A stretch of 64,000 bases of DNA, taken from Nitrospirota bacterium (lineage in GTDB: Bacteria > Nitrospirota > UBA9217). A program made the translations under genes and the position numbers. The stretch spans positions 672,001 through 736,000 of the forward strand of contig CAVUCU010000001.1 of assembly GCA_963740085.1 (NCBI GenBank), given 5' to 3'. Below the pieces are notes generated by a model. It was given only the letters and a program-made list of their open reading frames with translations. It was not told the DNA's origin and made no database searches. Positions 58,658-64,000 of this stretch are shown in pieces. Numbering within the stretch: the stretch's first letter is position 1; the number at the start of each line of letters is the position of its first letter.

Positions 58658-58910
58658 CGCCAACCTGCATTAGAAAGGGATTGGTATATCGTAATTAAGA
58701 ATATACCACATTATTCGTTTTCTCACCAGAATTATTTTTATTGATGCAATTCTCCCCCTTTTCATGGGGACGACATTCCCAAGTCACTGTTTTTAAATAA
58801 TTTCCTCATATGCAGGAACCGATTTCTTTGTGATATTTATCTTCTTTCAATTTTTATTTATGAAGAACCTTAATTTTGTCCCAATTTCCATGCCGGGCCT
58901 TCCGGCTCGA

Positions 58911-61511
58911 TCACTTCACGCCGACCGTCTGCGCTTCTACCCGGAACACCAGTCCACGGCCGCTCTTGTCGACAATGATCCTGGAACCCTCCTTTATATC
59001 GCCCGAGAGGATTTTCGACGCAAGCGGGTTCAGCACGTCCCGTTGGATAACTCGCTTGAGCGGCCGCGCACCGTAGACCAGGTCGAACCCTTCTTCGGCA
59101 AGGAGTTCCTTCGCGCCGTCGGTAAGCTCGATCTCGATCTTTTTGTCCGCCAGCCGTTTCTGCACCAGCCCGACCTGGATTGTCACGATCTTTTTCAGCA
59201 CCTCCGCGTCAAGGGGGTGGAAAATAACCGTATCGTCTACACGGTTCAGGAACTCGGGCCTGAAGTGTTGACGCATGGCATCCATTACCCTGCGTCGCAT
59301 CTCCTCCTCGTCGTTCTGCAGTTCCTGGATATACTGGCTCCCGATGTTCGAGGTCATGATCACCACGGTATTTTTAAAATCAACAGTCCGGCCGTGACCG
59401 TCCGTAAGCCTTCCATCGTCGAGCAACTGCAACAGTACATTGAAGACCTCGGGATGAGCCTTCTCGATCTCGTCGAACAGGATCACCGAGTAAGGCCTTC
59501 TGCGCACCGCCTCGGTCAATTGACCGCCCTCGTCATATCCCACGTATCCCGGAGGTGCGCCGATGAGACGCGAGACGGTGTGGCGTTCCTGGTACTCGGA
59601 CATATCGATGCGGATCATGGCCTGCTCGTCGTCGAAAAGGAACTCGGCAAGCGCCCGCGCGAGCTCGGTCTTTCCCACGCCCGTGGGGCCCATGAAGATG
59701 AAGCTTCCGATCGGCCTGTTCGGGTCCTGGATACCCGCCCGCGCCCTGCGCACCGCATCGGACACTAACAGGATGGCTTCGTCCTGTCCCACAACCCTCA
59801 CGCGCAGCCGGTCTTCCATATGAAGAAGCTTCTGCATCTCGCCCTCGAGCATCCTGGTCACCGGAACACCGGTCCACTTCGACACGATCTCAGCCACATC
59901 CTCGTCATCCACCTCTTCCTTCAAGATCTTTTGATGCTCTTGAACATCAGCCAGTTTCCCGGATTCTGTTTCGAGCTGTTTCTGGAGTTCCATGAGCTTG
60001 CCGTAGCGCAGTTCTGCCGCGCGGCCAAGATTGCCCTCGCGCTCGGCCTTGTCGGCATCGATCCTGGCCTGCTCGATCTGTTCCTTGATGGTCCGTATCT
60101 TCTGGATGCCGCTTTTTTCCGACTGCCACTGCGCCCGCTGACCGCTCCGTTTCTCCGAAAGCTCGGCGATTTCCTTTTCGATCTTCGCAAGACGCTCGCG
60201 TGATGCCGGGTCCTGCTCTTTCTTCACTGCCTCACGCTCGATCTCAAGCCGCCGGATCCTGCGCTCCACCTCATCGAGCTCCGTGGGCATGCTGTCGATC
60301 TCCATGCGGAGCCGCGACGCGGCTTCATCGATCAGATCAATGGCCTTGTCCGGTAAAAAACGATCCGCTATGTACCTGTGTGAAAGGACCGCAGCATTCA
60401 CGAGCGCCGAATCCTTGATCTTGACCCCGTGGTGAACCTCGTACCGTTCCTTGAGACCCCGAAGGATGGAGATGGTGTCCTCCACCGAGGGTTCACGCAC
60501 CATGACCGGCTGGAACCGCCGTTCAAGCGCCGGGTCCTTTTCGATGTACTTGCGGTATTCATTCAAGGTTGTGGCACCCACGCACCGGAGCTCACCGCGC
60601 GCAAGCGCGGGCTTGAGCATGTTCGACGCGTCCATGGATCCTTCAGCCGCGCCGGCCCCGACCACGGTGTGAAGCTCGTCGATGAACAGGATCACCTCGC
60701 CGCTCGCCTCGGTCACTTCCTTCAGCACGGCCTTTAGACGGTCCTCGAACTCGCCACGGTACTTTGCGCCGGCGATCAGCGCTCCCATATCGAGGGCGAT
60801 CACCCGTTTGTTCTTGAGCCCCTCGGGCACGTCGCCGCTCACCACGCGCTGCGCCAGTCCTTCTGCAATGGCGGTCTTGCCCACGCCGGGCTCGCCGATC
60901 AGCACGGGATTGTTCTTGGTGCGACGCGACAACACCTGCACCACGCGACGTATCTCCTCATCCCTGCCGATCACGGGATCAAGCTTTCCGCGACGTGCCA
61001 TATCGGTAAGATCCCTGCCATATTTGGCAAGGGCCTGATATTTATCTTCGGGGTTCTGGTCCGTTACCCGCTGGGAACCGCGTATATCAACGAGGACCGC
61101 GAATATTTTGTCCTTTGTCACGCCATGGCGGGCAAGGATTTCCCGGGCCGCGCCGTCGCCGTCCGCAGCGGCGATCAGGAGATGCTCGGTGCTGATATAC
61201 TCGTCCTTGAGCCTCTCCGCCTCCGCCTCGGCCCGCTCGAATAGCTTGTTGAGCCGCGGCGAAAGATAGGTCTGCACCAGCCCCTCCACCTTCGGCAGTT
61301 TGTTGAGCGCCTCATCAATATCGACCGTGATTCTGCCGGGGTCCGCGCCCAGCTTCTTCAATATTGGGACTACCACACCTTCCGGCTGATCAATTAAGGC
61401 GAGAAGCAGGTGTTCGCTCTCAATTTGTTGATGATGCATCTTTCCGGCCAGTTCCTGAGCCGCTTGCACCGCTTCCTGTGATTTTAATGTAAATTTGTCA
61501 AGACGCGCCAT
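58911..61511 (-). CDS. clpB: ATP-dependent chaperone ClpB
   Basis: [18 protein letters not shown]-domain coiled coil, [28 protein letters not shown]. Confidence 0.97.
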   Translation of the reverse strand: MARLDKFTLKSQEAVQAAQELAGKMHHQQIESEHLLLALIDQPEGVVVPILKKLGADPGRITVDIDEALNKLPKVEGLVQTYLSPRLNKLFERAEAEAERLKDEYISTEHLLIAAADGDGAAREILARHGVTKDKIFAVLVDIRGSQRVTDQNPEDKYQALAKYGRDLTDMARRGKLDPVIGRDEEIRRVVQVLSRRTKNNPVLIGEPGVGKTAIAEGLAQRVVSGDVPEGLKNKRVIALDMGALIAGAKYRGEFEDRLKAVLKEVTEASGEVILFIDELHTVVGAGAAEGSMDASNMLKPALARGELRCVGATTLNEYRKYIEKDPALERRFQPVMVREPSVEDTISILRGLKERYEVHHGVKIKDSALVNAAVLSHRYIADRFLPDKAIDLIDEAASRLRMEIDSMPTELDEVERRIRRLEIEREAVKKEQDPASRERLAKIEKEIAELSEKRSGQRAQWQSEKSGIQKIRTIKEQIEQARIDADKAEREGNLGRAAELRYGKLMELQKQLETESGKLADVQEHQKILKEEVDDEDVAEIVSKWTGVPVTRMLEGEMQKLLHMEDRLRVRVVGQDEAILLVSDAVRRARAGIQDPNRPIGSFIFMGPTGVGKTELARALAEFLFDDEQAMIRIDMSEYQERHTVSRLIGAPPGYVGYDEGGQLTEAVRRRPYSVILFDEIEKAHPEVFNVLLQLLDDGRLTDGHGRTVDFKNTVVIMTSNIGSQYIQELQNDEEEMRRRVMDAMRQHFRPEFLNRVDDTVIFHPLDAEVLKKIVTIQVGLVQKRLADKKIEIELTDGAKELLAEEGFDLVYGARPLKRVIQRDVLNPLASKILSGDIKEGSRIIVDKSGRGLVFRVEAQTVGVK

Positions 61512-61531
61512 AGTTGCCTCCTTCTGAATCA

Positions 61532-61622
61532 ACGATAGACGACGGTCGACCACTCACTTCGTTCGCTTGGACGAGAGACGCAACAACTGTTCGTCCATCG
61601 TGTCTCGTCCATCGTCCCTCGT
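61532..61622. repeat. Heptamer inverted-repeat element (ACGATGG-like / TCGTCCA)
   Basis: ACGATAG ACGACGG ... GGACGAG AGACG ... TCGTCCA TCGTGTC TCGTCCA TCGTCCC TCGT; abuts the hspR stop. Confidence 0.85.
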
Positions 61623-61999
61623 TACTCTTCTCTCCTAATCCGCATCCTTCTCACCGGAACGATAGCGGTTTTCAGCTCTTCCCTGCGCCGGATCTCGCGT
61701 TCAAGTTCATCGCGCAGCGGGCTGATCGTTGCCTCCATCTCCCGCTGCATCTGCTCCATTTTCTCCCGCATCGACAGGATCACCTCGACCCCGGCGAGGT
61801 TCACCCCAAGTTCGCGCGTGAGCCTCAGGATCATCTCAAGCTTCTCAACGTCCTCCTCGGAATAGAGTCTCGTGTTTCCCCCGCTCCGCTTGGGTTTGAC
61901 GAACCCCTCGCGCTCATAGATCCGGAGCGTCTGAGGATGAATGCCGAGCATTTCCGAGACCACGCTGATCATAAACAGCCTGTGTTCACGTGCAGCCAT
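61622..61999 (-). CDS. hspR: MerR-family heat-shock repressor HspR
   Basis: ISVVSEMLGIHPQTLRIYEREG...R.YS..D....LTRELGVNLAGV; between dnaJ and clpB. Confidence 0.88.
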   Translation of the reverse strand: MAAREHRLFMISVVSEMLGIHPQTLRIYEREGFVKPKRSGGNTRLYSEEDVEKLEMILRLTRELGVNLAGVEVILSMREKMEQMQREMEATISPLRDELEREIRRREELKTAIVPVRRMRIRREE

Positions 62000-62067
62000 A
62001 AATCACCTCCGTCTCGCAGATCGGAGTGGACGATCTTGTAATTGCATCGATGGTGCGCAATGACATG

Positions 62068-62106
62068 TTCAGCTCCGAACTCCGAACTCTCGTCTCTCGA
62101 ACTTCG
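62068..62106. repeat. Heptamer array (CCGAACT), mostly one-armed
   Basis: TTCAGCT CCGAACT CCGAACT CTCGTCT CTCGAACT; 3 nt from the dnaJ stop. Confidence 0.7.
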
Positions 62107-62109
62107 TCA

Positions 62110-63255
62110 TTATCGCTTTCTGAATCCTCTGAATGTTATGTCCTTCCGCGGTTCGGACGGATTCATTTTGTCAACCTCACGCAGAAGTTCCTTCCCTCGT
62201 TCTGAAAGCCCGGTCGGCGTGGCCACTTTGATCGTCACATAATGGTCTCCGACGCCCCCTCCGCCAAAGTGAGGCACGCCCTTACCTTTCAACTTGAGCT
62301 GCTGCCCTGTCTGCACTCCCGGCGGCAGAGTGAGCCAGACCATGCCGTCCACGGTCGGGATCTCTATCTTGTCTCCGAAGACCGCCTCTTTCATCGTTAC
62401 CCTCGCCTCGGAGTAAAGATTATCGCCCTTGCGCTCAAAATACCCATGGGGCCTTACCTTCGTCACGATATACACATCGCCGGCAGGCCCGCTTCGTTCG
62501 CCGGGCCCGCCCATGCCCGCAACGCGCACCTTGGAGCCGTTGTCCACACCGGGCGGTATCTTGACATTGATGCGCTCCGATTTTTGGACAACGCCATTTC
62601 CGCCGCAGGTCCGGCAGGGACTTGGATTGATTGTTCCCTCTCCGCCGCAGGTGGGGCAAGGCTGGGCGATCTGCATATATCCCTTACCGTGGGCAATACT
62701 CCCGGAGCCCATACAGGTTGGGCAAGTTTTGCGAGACGTGCCCGGCTGGGAGCCTGAGCCGTTGCACGTTGAACAGGTCACCTCGCGTTGGAGATCAACC
62801 TGCATGGTACGTCCGAAGATCGCATCCTCAAGATCGACTTCAACAGAATAGGTTATATCTTCACCCTTACTCGGCCCCCGGGGCCGTACCCTGTTGCCGA
62901 ATATATTGCCAAAGATGTCCTCAAATCCGCCTCCACCGCCGCCCCTGTAGAAATTCGATCCCTGCGTGAAACCCTCAAACCCCTGACCCTGGCCGGGACC
63001 GGATCCTTGACCAAAACCTGCGTCAAACGCCGCATGCCCGAACTGATCATACTGCTGCCGCTTCTTTGGATCAGAAAGAACTTCGTAGGCCTCATTCATT
63101 TCCTTGAACTTATGTTCTGCTGTCTTATCACTGGGGTTGACATCGGGATGATACTTCCGCGCAAGTTTTCTGAAGGCCTTCTTCAATTCTGCTTCAGACG
63201 CACTCTTCTTAACACCCAATATCTCGTAATAATCTCTTTTTGTAGCCGTTCCCAT
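62110..63255 (-). CDS. dnaJ: Chaperone DnaJ
   Basis: RDYYEILG...HPD, G/F region, four CxxCxGxG repeats, C-terminal domain. Confidence 0.95.
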   Translation of the reverse strand: MGTATKRDYYEILGVKKSASEAELKKAFRKLARKYHPDVNPSDKTAEHKFKEMNEAYEVLSDPKKRQQYDQFGHAAFDAGFGQGSGPGQGQGFEGFTQGSNFYRGGGGGGFEDIFGNIFGNRVRPRGPSKGEDITYSVEVDLEDAIFGRTMQVDLQREVTCSTCNGSGSQPGTSRKTCPTCMGSGSIAHGKGYMQIAQPCPTCGGEGTINPSPCRTCGGNGVVQKSERINVKIPPGVDNGSKVRVAGMGGPGERSGPAGDVYIVTKVRPHGYFERKGDNLYSEARVTMKEAVFGDKIEIPTVDGMVWLTLPPGVQTGQQLKLKGKGVPHFGGGGVGDHYVTIKVATPTGLSERGKELLREVDKMNPSEPRKDITFRGFRKR

Positions 63256-63282
63256 AATCACCTCAATGTTAATAACATCCAC

Positions 63283-63312
63283 ATTATAAAATATGAGTGC
63301 TCAATTGTCAAG
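63283..63312 (-). promoter_or_regulatory. Consensus sigma70 promoter overlapped by a HAIR-like HspR operator
   Basis: TTGACA-N17-TATAAT; CTTGACA-N7-ACTCATA (63292-63312) versus HAIR consensus CTTGAGT-N7-ACTCAAG. Confidence 0.75.
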
Positions 63313-63338
63313 CTTTTTGGCAAAAAAAATATGACTAT

Positions 63339-63998
63339 TCATTTCATCTCGTTTTTCAATTTATTTGCCAATATACTGGCTGCATATCCCACTTCAATGT
63401 CAATAAAGTCATTATTATGGTATACCCATGCCACTCCTTTGTCGTTTTTTATATTATCTACGACCCTTTGTACCTTTTTTTGATACTCATTGCTCCATAT
63501 ATTTTTTTTGCAAGCAACGGTCCACAATAGCCCGATCAGTTCCATCGCATAGATTCTCACCAGCGGGTTCGTGTCCACGAGAGATCTGATGATAACCTTT
63601 TGATAGCTTGCGATCAGCTCGGGGGAGATTTCTGCGATCCGCTTTAGGGCATACATCACTCCCGGCCTGAACGTCTGCTCTTCGATATCATAGACCTCGG
63701 CGATCAGAGGTATTATATCGGCAAAACCTTCGGGATCGGAGCTCACGATCTCACCCAGCAGTTCAGGCGCGGCCCAACCGATGCCGCCGGATTCATCGGA
63801 CAGAGACCACAGGAGTTTCCTCACGGCAATGCGCAGAAACTCGTGATTCTCTCCAGCAACAGCTTTTGCAACACTGCCTACCGCCTTTATCGCACGCCAT
63901 CCCACAAGCGTCTCCTTGTCATATGCCATGCGAATGAGCAGGCTCAACGTCTTTCTGTCTTTCTGAACGAGCGAAACGACATCATCCAGCTTATTCGC
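63339..63998 (-). CDS. HEAT-repeat-like protein (resembles the DVU0298 family), 5' end outside the window
   Basis: RKLLWSLSDESGGIGWAAPELLGEI; frame stays open to the window end. Confidence 0.75.
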   Translation of the reverse strand, partial: ANKLDDVVSLVQKDRKTLSLLIRMAYDKETLVGWRAIKAVGSVAKAVAGENHEFLRIAVRKLLWSLSDESGGIGWAAPELLGEIVSSDPEGFADIIPLIAEVYDIEEQTFRPGVMYALKRIAEISPELIASYQKVIIRSLVDTNPLVRIYAMELIGLLWTVACKKNIWSNEYQKKVQRVVDNIKNDKGVAWVYHNNDFIDIEVGYAASILANKLKNEMK

Positions 63999-64000
63999 TT

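Noticed and set aside
58745-58790. Possible REP-like GGGGAC...TTCCC remnant after clpB
   Set aside because: Single degenerate copy with no second copy or RAYT gene in the window.
62788-63530. Plus-strand ORFs 62788..63483 and 63297..63530
   Set aside because: Antisense to dnaJ and the DVU0298-like gene and crossing the promoter; no coding signature.

Overview
Gene-dense chromosomal window from a moderately GC-rich bacterium. Gene content and order suggest an anaerobic Nitrospirota or Desulfobacterota-like organism (inference only). From start to end: (1) the end of a respiratory cluster (HybA/NrfC-type FeS protein, NrfD/HybB membrane subunit, 13-heme cytochrome c, cytochrome b) with a NarX/NarL-type two-component pair; (2) the minus-strand pheA-hisC-aroF-tyrA-aroA-cmk-ispH-rpsA-sppA-ihfB superoperon; (3) c-di-GMP and two-component genes, glgC, glgB and stress genes; (4) a split glutamate synthase; (5) tolQRAB; (6) trxB-like/moeA/moeA-PBP; (7) dnaJ-hspR-clpB with a HAIR-like operator. 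No rRNA, tRNA, CRISPR array, transposase or integrase was recognised. The main unexplained structure is a family of about 12 intergenic elements made of degenerate tandem 7-mers or 9-mers, mostly arranged as two inverted arms. The unit sequence differs between copies but the architecture is shared, and most sit at or within about 15 nt of the stop codon of an operon-internal gene. Other observations: an 83-bp diverged duplication at the gltB1/gltB2 junction creates a hybrid 34-codon ORF; three small genes are missing from the ORF track; a thioredoxin reductase lacks the NADPH motifs; there is a ferritin-like/PilZ fusion; and four +1 frameshifts look like two-allele consensus artefacts.
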